Sequence record: OP172786
Reading direction: 5' to 3' (one strand)
DNA length: 64,000 bases
Source: Escherichia phage ECO07P3
The first letter of the stretch is position 1. Each line of letters begins with the position of its first letter. The notes under the pieces are model-generated. The model had not been told where the DNA came from, made no database searches, and saw only the letters and a program-made list of their open reading frames with translations. Below are positions 28,659-45,347 of this stretch, one piece after another. A program made the translations under genes and the position numbers.

Positions 28659-30238
28659 GTAATAATACATATCAACACGTTTCTAATGAATCTCGTTATG
28701 TAAAATTTGATCCTACCGATACAAATTTTCCACCAGAGATTACTGATGTCCAGGCTGCTATAGCAGCCATTTCTCCTGCTGGCGTAAATGGAGTTCCTGA
28801 TGCATCGTCAACAACAAAGGGAATTTTATTTCTTGCCACTGAACAGGAAGTTATAGATGGAACTAATAATACCAAAGCAGTTACACCAGCAACGTTGGCA
28901 ACAAGATTATCATATCCAAACGCAACTGAAACTGTTTACGGATTAACAAGATATTCAACCGATGATGAAGCCATTGCTGGAGTTAATAATGAATCTTCTA
29001 TAACTCCTGCTAAATTTACTGTCGCCCTTAATAATGCCTTTGAAACTCGTGTTTCAACTGAATCATCAAATGGGGTTATTAAAATTTCATCTCTACCACA
29101 AGCATTAGCTGGTGCAGATGATACTACTGCAATGACTCCATTAAAAACACAACAGTTAGCTGTTAAATTGATTGCGCAAATTGCTCCTTCTAAAAATGCT
29201 GCTACAGAATCTGAACAAGGCATAATTCAGTTAGCTACAGTAGCACAGGCTCGTCAGGGAACTTTAAGAGAAGGATACGCAATTTCTCCTTATACGTTTA
29301 TGAATTCTACTGCTACTGAAGAATATAAAGGCGTAATTAAATTAGGAACACAGTCAGAAGTTAACTCGAATAATGCTTCTGTTGCGGTTACTGGCGCAAC
29401 TCTGAATGGTCGTGGTTCTACGACGTCAATGAGAGGCGTAGTTAAATTAACTACAACCGCCGGTTCACAGAGTGGAGGCGATGCTTCATCAGCCTTAGCT
29501 TGGAATGCTGACGTTATCCACCAAAGAGGCGGTCAAACTATTAATGGAACACTTCGCATTAATAACACACTTACAATAGCTTCAGGCGGAGCAAATATTA
29601 CCGGAACAGTTAACATGACCGGTGGTTATATTCAAGGTAAGCGTGTTGTAACGCAGAATGAAATAGATAGAACTATTCCTGTCGGAGCTATTATGATGTG
29701 GGCCGCTGATAGTCTTCCTAGTGATGCTTGGCGTTTTTGCCACGGTGGAACTGTTTCAGCGTCAGATTGTCCATTATATGCTTCTAGAATTGGAACAAGA
29801 TATGGCGGAAGCTCATCAAATCCCGGATTACCTGACATGCGTGGTCTTTTTGTTCGTGGTTCTGGTCGTGGCTCTCACTTAACAAATCCAAATGTTAATG
29901 GTAATGACCAATTTGGTAAGCCTAGATTAGGTGTAGGTTGTACCGGCGGATATGTTGGCGAAGTACAAAAACAGCAGATGTCTTATCATAAACATGCTGG
30001 CGGATTTGGTGAATGGGATGATGCTGGAGCATTTGGTAATACCCGCAGATCAAATTTTGTCGGTACACGCAAAGGACTTGACTGGGATAACCGTTCATAC
30101 TTCACTAATGACGGATATGAAATTGACCCAGCATCACAACGAAATTCCAGATATACATTAAATCGTCCCGAATTAATTGGAAATGAAACACGTCCATGGA
30201 ACATTTCTTTAAACTACATAATTAAGGTAAAAGAATGA
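28655..30238 (+). CDS. 12: gp12 short tail fibre
   Basis: 527 aa; gene order. Confidence 0.9.
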   Translation: MSNNTYQHVSNESRYVKFDPTDTNFPPEITDVQAAIAAISPAGVNGVPDASSTTKGILFLATEQEVIDGTNNTKAVTPATLATRLSYPNATETVYGLTRYSTDDEAIAGVNNESSITPAKFTVALNNAFETRVSTESSNGVIKISSLPQALAGADDTTAMTPLKTQQLAVKLIAQIAPSKNAATESEQGIIQLATVAQARQGTLREGYAISPYTFMNSTATEEYKGVIKLGTQSEVNSNNASVAVTGATLNGRGSTTSMRGVVKLTTTAGSQSGGDASSALAWNADVIHQRGGQTINGTLRINNTLTIASGGANITGTVNMTGGYIQGKRVVTQNEIDRTIPVGAIMMWAADSLPSDAWRFCHGGTVSASDCPLYASRIGTRYGGSSSNPGLPDMRGLFVRGSGRGSHLTNPNVNGNDQFGKPRLGVGCTGGYVGEVQKQQMSYHKHAGGFGEWDDAGAFGNTRRSNFVGTRKGLDWDNRSYFTNDGYEIDPASQRNSRYTLNRPELIGNETRPWNISLNYIIKVKE

Positions 30239-31698
30239 CAGATATTGTACTGAATGACTTACCATTCGTTGACGGCCCTCCTGCAGAGGGCCAGAGCCGC
30301 ATTTCCTGGATTAAAAACGGCGAAGAAATATTAGGAGCTGACACACAATATGGAAGTGAAGGCTCAATGAATAGACCTACAGTTTCTGTACTAAGAAATG
30401 TTGAAGTTCTTGATAAAAACATTGGAATACTTAAAACATCTTTAGAAACCGCAAATAGTGATATTAAAACAATTCAGGGCATCTTAGATGTATCTGGTGA
30501 TATTGAAGCTTTGGCCCAAATAAGTATCAATAAAAAGGATATTTCTGACCTCAAAACGCTAACCAGTGAACACACAGAAATATTAAATGGAACTAATAAT
30601 ACGGTTGACAGTATTCTTGCCGATATTGGTCCATTTAACTCCGAGGCCAACTCTGTATACAGAACAATCAGAAATGATTTACTGTGGATAAAGCGTGAAC
30701 TTGGACAATACACTGGTCAAGATATTAATGGTCTTCCTGTTGTAGGAAATCCTAGTAGTGGAATGAAGCATCGCATTATTAATAATACCGATGTCATTAC
30801 TTCACAGGGAATACGTTTAAGCGAATTAGAAACAAAATTTATTGAATCTGATGTAGGTTCTTTGACTATTGAAGTTGGTAATCTCCGTGAAGAGCTTGGA
30901 CCTAAACCACCGTCATTTTCACAAAACGTTTATAGCCGCTTAAATGAAATTGACACTAAACAGACAACAGTTGAGTCTGACATTAGCGCTATTAAGACCT
31001 CAATAGGATATCCAGGAAATAATTCGATTATCACGAGTGTTAATACAAACACTGATAATATTGCATCTATTAATTTAGAGCTAAATCAAAGTGGAGGTAT
31101 TAAACAGCGTTTAACCGTTATTGAAACTTCTATTGGTTCAGATGATATTCCTTCGAGTATTAAAGGTCAAATCAAAGATAATACAACTTCAATCGAAGCT
31201 CTAAATGGAATCGTCGGTGAAAACACTTCATCTGGTTTAAGAGCGAATGTTTCGTGGTTAAACCAAATTGTTGGAACTGATTCTAACGGTGGACAACCTT
31301 CTCCTCCTGGGTCTCTTTTAAACCGAGTTTCTACAATTGAAACTTCTGTTTCAAGCTTGAACAACGATGTTCAGAACCTACAAGTAGAGATTGGTAATAA
31401 CAGCACAGGAATTAAAGGGCAAGTTGTAGCATTAAATACTTTAGTAAATGGAACTAATCCAAACGGTTCAACTGTCGAAGAACGTGGATTAACCAATTCA
31501 ATAAAAGCTAACGAAACCAACATCGCATCAGTTACACAAGAAGTGAATACAGCCAAAGGTAGTATATCTTCTCTGCAAGGTGATGTTCAAGCTCTACAAG
31601 AAGCAGGTTATATTCCTGAAGCTCCAAAAGATGGTCAAGCTTACGTTCGTAAAGACGGCGAATGGGTATTACTTTCTACCTTTTTATCACCAGCATAA
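30235..31698 (+). CDS. wac: Fibritin (whisker antigen control)
   Basis: 487 aa coiled-coil protein ending in a foldon-like [27 protein letters not shown]. Confidence 0.95.
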   Translation: MTDIVLNDLPFVDGPPAEGQSRISWIKNGEEILGADTQYGSEGSMNRPTVSVLRNVEVLDKNIGILKTSLETANSDIKTIQGILDVSGDIEALAQISINKKDISDLKTLTSEHTEILNGTNNTVDSILADIGPFNSEANSVYRTIRNDLLWIKRELGQYTGQDINGLPVVGNPSSGMKHRIINNTDVITSQGIRLSELETKFIESDVGSLTIEVGNLREELGPKPPSFSQNVYSRLNEIDTKQTTVESDISAIKTSIGYPGNNSIITSVNTNTDNIASINLELNQSGGIKQRLTVIETSIGSDDIPSSIKGQIKDNTTSIEALNGIVGENTSSGLRANVSWLNQIVGTDSNGGQPSPPGSLLNRVSTIETSVSSLNNDVQNLQVEIGNNSTGIKGQVVALNTLVNGTNPNGSTVEERGLTNSIKANETNIASVTQEVNTAKGSISSLQGDVQALQEAGYIPEAPKDGQAYVRKDGEWVLLSTFLSPA

Positions 31699-31701
31699 CA
31701 T

Positions 31702-31717
31702 GGGGCCGCAAGGCCCC
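31702..31717 (+). terminator. Intercistronic stem-loop (ggggccGCAAggcccc)
   Basis: Perfect GC stem with tetraloop after wac. Confidence 0.4.
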
Positions 31718-31730
31718 AAAGGATTTTTAA

Positions 31731-33432
<1,702 letters not shown>

Positions 33433-33473
33433 TAAATATTATAAACTAATTAAAGCCCAGATTAGGAGAAATC

Positions 33474-36614
<3,141 letters not shown>

Positions 36615-36642
36615 TATTAAAGCATATTAAAGAGGATTAAAA

Positions 36643-38622
36643 ATGACTTTATTATCTCCGGGCATTGAGCTCAAAGAAACTACGGTTCAAAGCACCGTGG
36701 TTAATAACTCTACTGGTACAGCAGCTCTGGCCGGTAAATTCCAGTGGGGTCCTGCTTTTCAGATCAAACAGGTTACAAATGAAGTAGATTTAGTTAATAC
36801 TTTTGGTCAACCTACAGCTGAAACTGCTGACTATTTTATGTCTGCAATGAATTTCTTACAATATGGAAATGATTTGCGAGTTGTGCGTGCTGTCGATAGA
36901 GATACCGCTAAAAACTCATCTCCGATTGCTGGTAATATTGAATACACAATTTCTACCCCAGGTAGTAACTATGCGGTTGGAGATAAAATCACGGTCAAAT
37001 ATGTTTCAGATGATATTGAAACTGAAGGTAAAATTACTGAAGTAGACGCAGATGGAAAAATTAAGAAAATTAATATTCCTACTGCAAAAATTATCGCTAA
37101 AGCGAAAGAAGTAGGCGAATATCCAACACTAGGTTCTAACTGGACTGCGGAAATTTCTTCATCTTCCTCTGGTTTAGCTGCAGTAATAACTCTTGGAAAA
37201 ATTATTACTGATTCTGGTATTTTATTAGCTGAAATTGAAAATGCTGAAGCTGCTATGACAGCTGTTGATTTTCAGGAAAATCTTAAAAAATATGGAATTC
37301 CAGGAGTAGTAGCTCTTTATCCAGGCGAGTTGGGCGATAAAATCGAAATTGAAATCGTATCTAAAGCTGACTACGCAAAAGGGGCTTCTGCATTACTTCC
37401 AATTTATCCAGGTGGCGGAACGCGCGCATCTACTGCCAAAGCAGTGTTTGGATATGGACCACAAACTGATTCACAGTACGCTATTATAGTTCGTCGCAAT
37501 GATGCTATTGTTCAAAGCGTTGTTCTTTCAACGAAGCGTGGTGAAAAAGATATTTACGATAGTAACATTTATATTGATGACTTTTTCGCAAAAGGTGGTT
37601 CAGAATATATTTTCGCAACTGCACAAAACTGGCCAGAAGGCTTCTCTGGAATTTTAACTCTGTCTGGCGGATTATCATCAAATGCTGAAGTAACAGCAGG
37701 AGATTTGATGGAAGCTTGGGACTTCTTTGCTGACCGCGAATCTGTTGATGTTCAGTTGTTTATTGCGGGTTCTTGCGCCGGCGAATCTTTAGAAACAGCA
37801 TCTACTGTCCAAAAACACGTCGTTTCAATTGGTGATGCTCGCCAAGATTGCTTAGTATTGTGTTCACCGCCGCGCGAAACTGTAGTTGGAATTCCTGTAA
37901 CTCGTGCAGTTGATAATCTGGTTGATTGGCGTACTGCATCAGGTTCATACACTGATAATAACTTTAATATCAGTTCAACCTATGCGGCAATTGATGGTAA
38001 CTATAAGTATCAGTATGACAAATATAATGATGTGAATCGTTGGGTTCCATTAGCAGCTGATATTGCTGGTTTATGCGCAAGAACTGATAACGTTTCTCAT
38101 ACTTGGATGTCTCCGGCTGGTTATAATCGTGGCCAGATTCTTAACGTTATTAAACTTGCTATTGAAACTCGTCAAGCTCAGCGCGACCGTTTATACCAAG
38201 AAGCTATCAACCCGGTAACCGGTACAGGTGGTGATGGTTACGTATTGTATGGTGATAAAACAGCTACTTCTGTTCCTTCTCCATTTGATCGTATTAACGT
38301 TCGTCGTCTGTTTAATATGTTGAAAACGAATATCGGACGTAGTTCAAAATATCGTTTGTTCGAATTAAACAACGCGTTTACTCGTTCATCATTCCGCACA
38401 GAAACTGCCCAATACTTACAGGGAATTAAAGCTCTCGGTGGAATTTATGAATATCGTGTAGTTTGCGATACAACAAATAACACTCCGTCAGTAATTGATA
38501 GAAATGAGTTTGTTGCAACATTCTACATCCAACCGGCGCGCAGTATAAATTATATTACTTTGAATTTCGTCGCAACTGCTACTGGTGCAGATTTCGATGA
38601 GTTAACTGGTCTTGCAGGTTAA
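36643..38622 (+). CDS. 18: gp18 tail sheath protein
   Basis: 659 aa; gene order. Confidence 0.95.
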   Translation: MTLLSPGIELKETTVQSTVVNNSTGTAALAGKFQWGPAFQIKQVTNEVDLVNTFGQPTAETADYFMSAMNFLQYGNDLRVVRAVDRDTAKNSSPIAGNIEYTISTPGSNYAVGDKITVKYVSDDIETEGKITEVDADGKIKKINIPTAKIIAKAKEVGEYPTLGSNWTAEISSSSSGLAAVITLGKIITDSGILLAEIENAEAAMTAVDFQENLKKYGIPGVVALYPGELGDKIEIEIVSKADYAKGASALLPIYPGGGTRASTAKAVFGYGPQTDSQYAIIVRRNDAIVQSVVLSTKRGEKDIYDSNIYIDDFFAKGGSEYIFATAQNWPEGFSGILTLSGGLSSNAEVTAGDLMEAWDFFADRESVDVQLFIAGSCAGESLETASTVQKHVVSIGDARQDCLVLCSPPRETVVGIPVTRAVDNLVDWRTASGSYTDNNFNISSTYAAIDGNYKYQYDKYNDVNRWVPLAADIAGLCARTDNVSHTWMSPAGYNRGQILNVIKLAIETRQAQRDRLYQEAINPVTGTGGDGYVLYGDKTATSVPSPFDRINVRRLFNMLKTNIGRSSKYRLFELNNAFTRSSFRTETAQYLQGIKALGGIYEYRVVCDTTNNTPSVIDRNEFVATFYIQPARSINYITLNFVATATGADFDELTGLAG

Positions 38623-38629
38623 TTGATAA

Positions 38630-38643
38630 GGGGCTTCGGCCCC
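38630..38643 (+). terminator. Stem-loop (ggggcTTCGgcccc) after gene 18
   Basis: Perfect GC stem with UUCG tetraloop. Confidence 0.45.
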
Positions 38644-38660
38644 TGTTCTCGAGGAATCAA

Positions 38661-39278
38661 GTGATTATTTCTAAATTCATTAAAGTAAAAATTGTACCAT
38701 CAAATTTTAAACATTATCAGTCAAAGGGATATAAATTAACACCTCTTGGAGCGGTTAAACACGGATTTAAGTATTATGAAATTGATGTTAAAGTTGAAGA
38801 CATTAAAGGTAGTACTGCGTATGTAAAATGTCGTTGCGATAAATGTGGAATTGAATATAATCAACGCATTGGAAGAAACACTGATATTTGTTGTGATTGC
38901 CGTCATAAAGATAAAATGCATAATAATTCATATGGTTCAGCGAATAAAGGAAAAACCGTAGAATGTATGCATGGCGTAAATCATCCAAGATGGAACCCAA
39001 ATAAATCTGAAATGCGTGAATATATTTCATCGGTATATAGAGAAACTCGTAAGCATAAGAAAATTTGGTCAAAATGGCCAAATGCTGATAAGATAGGAGT
39101 GTGTGGTACAGAAGGTGCTTACCAACTTGATCATAAGGTATCTATCAAATACGGTTTTGATAATTTAATTCCTGCTAAAATAATTGGCGGTATTAATAAT
39201 TTAGAAATAATCACTTGGGAATCTAACCGAGAAAAGTCAAAAAGAAATAGCGTAGATCTTTGGGATTTACTAGAATGA
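38661..39278 (+). CDS. Free-standing HNH-family homing endonuclease (GTG start), inserted between genes 18 and 19
   Basis: 205 aa; Cys clusters CRCDKCG and CCDCRH; HNH-like core YQLDHKVSIKYGFDNL...NLEIITWESNREKS. I do not recall a gene at this position in T4. Confidence 0.6.
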   Translation: MIISKFIKVKIVPSNFKHYQSKGYKLTPLGAVKHGFKYYEIDVKVEDIKGSTAYVKCRCDKCGIEYNQRIGRNTDICCDCRHKDKMHNNSYGSANKGKTVECMHGVNHPRWNPNKSEMREYISSVYRETRKHKKIWSKWPNADKIGVCGTEGAYQLDHKVSIKYGFDNLIPAKIIGGINNLEIITWESNREKSKRNSVDLWDLLE

Positions 39279-39285
39279 TTCTAAA

Positions 39286-39303
39286 GGCCTGTTTCGGCAG
39301 GCC
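39286..39303 (+). terminator. Stem-loop (ggcctgTTTCGGcaggcc)
   Basis: Inverted repeat downstream of the HNH ORF. Confidence 0.35.
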
Positions 39304-39304
39304 A

Positions 39305-39312
39305 TATAAATA
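39305..39312 (+). promoter_or_regulatory. Late promoter TATAAATA (first of two upstream of gene 19)
   Basis: Exact consensus. Confidence 0.5.
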
Positions 39313-39363
39313 CACTATATCCTTAATTCTTTAATTCTATATGCCCTAGGTTAAACATAGGGA

Positions 39364-39371
39364 TATAAATA
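39364..39371 (+). promoter_or_regulatory. Late promoter TATAAATA (second, proximal to gene 19)
   Basis: Exact consensus. Confidence 0.55.
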
Positions 39372-39385
39372 CTACAGAGGCTAAT

Positions 39386-39877
39386 ATGTTTGTAGATGAT
39401 GTAACACGAGCGTTTGAATCTGGTGATTTTGCTCGACCTAACTTATTCCAAGTAGAAATTTCTTATCTTGGACAAAATTTTACGTTTCAATGTAAAGCCA
39501 CTGCTTTACCAGCTGGTATTGTAGAAAAAATTCCAGTCGGATTTATGAACCGTAAAATTAACGTAGCAGGCGATCGTACATTCGATGACTGGACTGTTAC
39601 AGTAATGAACGATGAGGCACATGATGCTCGCCAGAAGTTTGTTGACTGGCAAAGCATTGCTGCTGGGCAAGGGAACGAAATTACTGGTGGAAAACCAGCA
39701 GAGTATAAAAAGAGCGCTGTTGTTCGCCAATATGCTCGTGACGCTAAAACCGTAACAAAAGAAGTCGAAATTAAAGGCCTGTGGCCTACTAACGTGGGTG
39801 AACTTCAATTAGATTGGGATTCAAACAATGAAATCCAAACCTTTGAAGTAACTCTCGCTCTCGATTATTGGGAATAA
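39386..39877 (+). CDS. 19: gp19 tail tube protein
   Basis: 163 aa; gene order. Confidence 0.95.
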   Translation: MFVDDVTRAFESGDFARPNLFQVEISYLGQNFTFQCKATALPAGIVEKIPVGFMNRKINVAGDRTFDDWTVTVMNDEAHDARQKFVDWQSIAAGQGNEITGGKPAEYKKSAVVRQYARDAKTVTKEVEIKGLWPTNVGELQLDWDSNNEIQTFEVTLALDYWE

Positions 39878-39884
39878 AATGAAT

Positions 39885-39898
39885 GGGGAGAAATCCCC
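39885..39898 (+). terminator. Stem-loop (ggggaGAAAtcccc) after gene 19
   Basis: Perfect stem with GAAA tetraloop. Confidence 0.4.
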
Positions 39899-39909
39899 AT
39901 CCTGCTTAA

Positions 39910-41534
<1,625 letters not shown>

Positions 41535-41535
<1 letters not shown>

Positions 41536-41777
41536 TGGAAGGTTTAATTGAAGCTATTAAATCAAACGACCTCGTAGCCGCTCGTAAATTATTTGCTGAA
41601 GCCATGGCTGCAAGAACGATTGATTTAATTAAAGAAGAAAAAATCGCTATCGCTCGTAATTTCTTAATCGAAGGTGAAGAACCTGAAGACGAGGATGATG
41701 ACGAAGACAGTGATGATAAAGACGACAAAAAAGACAAAGACTCTGACGAAGATGACGAAGACGAGGATGATGAATAA
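41535..41777 (+). CDS. 67: gp67 prohead core protein
   Basis: 80 aa with extreme acidic C-terminus ([14 protein letters not shown]...); gene order. Confidence 0.85.
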
Positions 41778-42202
41778 TGCTTCTGATCCCTGAAACTCAT
41801 GAATTAGTTCTCGAGAATGTCGAAGCACTTATTCCTGAAGCACAGGGTCGCTTTGACGAATTGTCTTCTGCTTTAAATAAAGACGATATAAATACAATTG
41901 TCGAGAATATGCTTGATGATGAAACTGATTTAGCAGTTGCATTAGCTTCTATTAATGAAAATATGCCGTTAAATGAATTCATTGTTAAGCACGTTTCAGC
42001 TCGTGGTGAAATTACACGTACTAAAGACCGCAAAACACGCGAACGTAATGCATTTCAAACCACTGGGCTGTCTAAAGCAAAACGTAGACAAATTGCTCGC
42101 AAAGCTACCAAAACGAAGATTGCCAATCCAGCAGGTCAATCTCGTGCTCAGCGTAAGCGTAAAAAAGCTCTTAAACGCCGTAAAGCATTAGGATTAAGCT
42201 AA
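41777..42202 (+). CDS. 68: gp68 prohead core protein
   Basis: 141 aa; gene order. Confidence 0.85.
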
Positions 42203-42840
42203 TGAATGAACCCCAATTATTAATTGAAACTTGGGGTCAACCTGGCGAAATTATTGATGGTGTGCCAATGCTTGAATCCCACGATGGAAAAGACCTAGGT
42301 TTAAAACCGGGTTTATACATTGAAGGAATATTCATGCAAGCGGAAGTCGTCAATAGAAATAAACGTCTTTATCCAAAACGCATATTAGAAAAAGCGGTAA
42401 AAGACTATATCAATGAGCAAGTTTTAACTAAACAAGCTCTCGGAGAATTAAATCATCCTCCACGCGCTAATGTTGACCCGATGCAAGCCGCTATCATTAT
42501 AGAAGATATGTGGTGGAAAGGAAATGACGTATACGGACGAGCTCGTGTTATTGAAGGTGACCATGGTCCTGGAGATAAATTAGCAGCTAATATTCGTGCC
42601 GGATGGATTCCAGGAGTTTCTTCTCGTGGATTAGGTTCATTGACTGACACAAATAAAGGTTATCGTATCGTAAACGAAGGATTCAAATTAACTGTAGGTG
42701 TTGATGCAGTATGGGGTCCAAGTGCTCCAGATGCATGGGTAACTCCTAAGGAAATTACCGAATCACAGACGGCGGAAGCCGATACAAGTGCCGATGACGC
42801 CTATATGGCTCTCGCAGAGGCCATGAAAAAAGCGTTATAA
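42202..42840 (+). CDS. 21: gp21 prohead core protease
   Basis: 212 aa; gene order. Confidence 0.9.
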   Translation: MNEPQLLIETWGQPGEIIDGVPMLESHDGKDLGLKPGLYIEGIFMQAEVVNRNKRLYPKRILEKAVKDYINEQVLTKQALGELNHPPRANVDPMQAAIIIEDMWWKGNDVYGRARVIEGDHGPGDKLAANIRAGWIPGVSSRGLGSLTDTNKGYRIVNEGFKLTVGVDAVWGPSAPDAWVTPKEITESQTAEADTSADDAYMALAEAMKKAL

Positions 42841-42843
42841 ATA
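42836..42843 (+). promoter_or_regulatory. Late promoter TATAAATA upstream of gene 22
   Basis: Exact consensus, overlapping the gene 21 stop. Confidence 0.55.
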
Positions 42844-42870
42844 TTATTATCTAAACAACAGGACTACAAA

Positions 42871-43680
42871 ATGCTTAAAGAACAACTGATTGCCGAAGCG
42901 CAGAAAATTGATGCTTCCGTTGCTCTTGATAGTATTTTCGAATCAGTTAATATTTCTCCGGAAGCAAAAGAAACTTTCGGCACTGTATTCGAAGCTACCG
43001 TCAAGCAGCACGCCGTTAAATTAGCTGAATCTCATATCGCTAAAATTGCTGAAAAAGCAGAAGAAGAAGTAGAAAAAAATAAAGAAGAAGCCGAAGAAAA
43101 AGCTGAGAAGAAAATCGCTGAGCAAGCTTCTAAATTCATCGACCATCTTGCGAAAGAATGGCTCGCTGAAAATAAATTAGCAGTTGATAAAGGCATCAAA
43201 GCCGAACTGTTTGAATCCATGCTTGGTGGATTAAAAGAGCTCTTTGTTGAACACAACGTTGTTGTTCCAGAAGAATCAGTTGATGTTGTAGCTGAAATGG
43301 AAGAAGAGCTGCAAGAACATAAAGAAGAATCAGCTCGTCTGTTCGAAGAACTCAATAAGCGTGACGCATATATCAATTATGTGCAGCGTGAAGTGGCATT
43401 GAGCGAAAGTACTAAAGATCTGACTGAGTCTCAAAAAGAAAAAGTCTCTGCTCTGGTCGAAGGTATGGATTATTCAGATGAATTCTCAAGTAAATTGAGT
43501 GCCATCGTAGAAATGGTGAAGAAGTCTAATAAAGATGAAAGCACTATTACTGAGGGTATAAATACTCCTGATACTGAAGCAGCCGGACTGAATTTCGTCA
43601 CTGAAGCTGTAGAAGATAAAGCTGCACCTGGTGCAGAAGATATTGTAAGTGTATATGCGAAAGTCGCATCTCGTTTCTAA
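42871..43680 (+). CDS. 22: gp22 prohead core scaffold protein
   Basis: 269 aa, Glu/Lys-rich coiled coil; gene order. Confidence 0.9.
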   Translation: MLKEQLIAEAQKIDASVALDSIFESVNISPEAKETFGTVFEATVKQHAVKLAESHIAKIAEKAEEEVEKNKEEAEEKAEKKIAEQASKFIDHLAKEWLAENKLAVDKGIKAELFESMLGGLKELFVEHNVVVPEESVDVVAEMEEELQEHKEESARLFEELNKRDAYINYVQREVALSESTKDLTESQKEKVSALVEGMDYSDEFSSKLSAIVEMVKKSNKDESTITEGINTPDTEAAGLNFVTEAVEDKAAPGAEDIVSVYAKVASRF

Positions 43681-43698
43681 TTTTAAAGGTTAACACAA

Positions 43699-45264
43699 AT
43701 GACTATCAAAACTAAAGCTGAACTTTTGAACAAATGGAAGCCATTACTGGAAGGTGAAGGTTTACCGGAAATTGCTAATAGCAAACAAGCGATTATCGCT
43801 AAAATCTTTGAAAACCAGGAAAAAGATTTCCAGACAGCTCCGGAATATAAAGACGAAAAAATTGCTCAGGCATTTGGTTCTTTCTTAACAGAAGCTGAAA
43901 TCGGTGGTGACCACGGTTACAATGCTACTAACATCGCTGCAGGTCAGACTTCTGGCGCAGTAACTCAGATTGGCCCGGCTGTTATGGGTATGGTACGTCG
44001 TGCTATTCCTAACCTGATTGCTTTCGATATTTGCGGTGTTCAACCAATGAGCAGCCCAACCGGTCAGGTATTCGCACTGCGCGCAGTATATGGTAAAGAT
44101 CCGATCGCTGCCGATGCTAAAGAAGCATTCCACCCAATGTATGGTCCAGACGCAATGTTCTCTGGTCAGGGTGCTGCTAAGAAATTCCCAGCTCTGGCTG
44201 CTAGCACACAAACCGTTGTAGGTGATATCTATACTCACTTCTTCCAGGAAACTGGTACTGTGTATCTACAAGCTTCCGCTGTAGTAACAATCGATGCTGG
44301 TGCGACTGATGCTGCTAAATTAGATGCTGAAATTAAGAAACAAATGGAAGCTGGTGTACTGGTAGAAATCGCTGAAGGTATGGCTACTTCTATCGCTGAA
44401 CTCCAGGAAGGTTTCAACGGTTCTACCGATAACCCATGGAATGAAATGGGCTTCCGTATCGATAAGCAAGTTATCGAAGCTAAATCTCGCCAGCTGAAAG
44501 CTGCTTACTCTATCGAATTAGCACAAGACCTCCGCGCTGTTCACGGTATGGATGCTGATGCTGAACTGTCTGGTATTCTGGCTACCGAAATCATGCTGGA
44601 AATCAACCGTGAAATTGTTGATTGGATTAACTACTCCGCACAGGTTGGTAAATCTGGTATGACCCTGACTCCGGGTTCTAAAGCTGGTGTATTTGACTTC
44701 CAGGACCCAATCGATATTCGTGGTGCTCGCTGGGCAGGTGAATCCTTTAAAGCTCTGTTGTTCCAGATTGACAAAGAAGCAGTTGAAATTGCTCGTCAGA
44801 CCGGTCGTGGTGAAGGTAACTTCATTATCGCTTCCCGTAACGTAGTTAACGTTCTGGCTTCAGTTGATACTGGCATTTCTTATGCTGCACAGGGTCTGGC
44901 TACCGGCTTTAACACTGATACTACCAAGTCAGTATTTGCTGGTGTTCTGGGTGGTAAATACCGTGTATATATCGACCAGTATGCTAAACAGGATTATTTC
45001 ACTGTAGGTTATAAAGGTCCGAACGAAATGGATGCTGGTATTTACTATGCTCCATATGTAGCTCTGACTCCGCTGCGTGGTTCCGATCCGAAGAACTTCC
45101 AACCAGTAATGGGATTCAAAACTCGTTACGGTATCGGTATCAACCCATTTGCAGAATCCGCTGCTCAGGCTCCGGCTTCTCGCATCCAGAGCGGTATGCC
45201 TTCTATTCTGAATAGCCTTGGTAAAAACGCTTACTTCCGCCGTGTATATGTTAAAGGTATCTAA
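43699..45264 (+). CDS. 23: gp23 major capsid protein
   Basis: 521 aa; MTIKTKAELLNKWKPLLEGEGLPEIANSKQAIIAKIFENQEKDF... matches my recall of T4 gp23 almost exactly. Confidence 0.98.
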   Translation: MTIKTKAELLNKWKPLLEGEGLPEIANSKQAIIAKIFENQEKDFQTAPEYKDEKIAQAFGSFLTEAEIGGDHGYNATNIAAGQTSGAVTQIGPAVMGMVRRAIPNLIAFDICGVQPMSSPTGQVFALRAVYGKDPIAADAKEAFHPMYGPDAMFSGQGAAKKFPALAASTQTVVGDIYTHFFQETGTVYLQASAVVTIDAGATDAAKLDAEIKKQMEAGVLVEIAEGMATSIAELQEGFNGSTDNPWNEMGFRIDKQVIEAKSRQLKAAYSIELAQDLRAVHGMDADAELSGILATEIMLEINREIVDWINYSAQVGKSGMTLTPGSKAGVFDFQDPIDIRGARWAGESFKALLFQIDKEAVEIARQTGRGEGNFIIASRNVVNVLASVDTGISYAAQGLATGFNTDTTKSVFAGVLGGKYRVYIDQYAKQDYFTVGYKGPNEMDAGIYYAPYVALTPLRGSDPKNFQPVMGFKTRYGIGINPFAESAAQAPASRIQSGMPSILNSLGKNAYFRRVYVKGI

Positions 45265-45279
45265 TCTTTGACGATTTAA

Positions 45280-45308
45280 GGGACCTTCGGGTCCCTTTAG
45301 TTGTTTTT
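45280..45308 (+). terminator. Rho-independent terminator after gene 23
   Basis: gggaccTTCGggtccc followed by a T-rich tract (tttagttgttttt). Confidence 0.6.
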
Positions 45309-45312
45309 ATGG

Positions 45313-45320
45313 TATAAATA
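45313..45320 (+). promoter_or_regulatory. Late promoter TATAAATA upstream of gene 24
   Basis: Exact consensus. Confidence 0.55.
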
Positions 45321-45347
45321 AATCATATAAACCAAAAGGAAAGCGCA

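Noticed and set aside
43032-44417. Minus-strand ORFs antisense to genes 22 and 23
   Set aside because: Embedded in highly conserved capsid/scaffold genes on the opposite strand; low-complexity translations.
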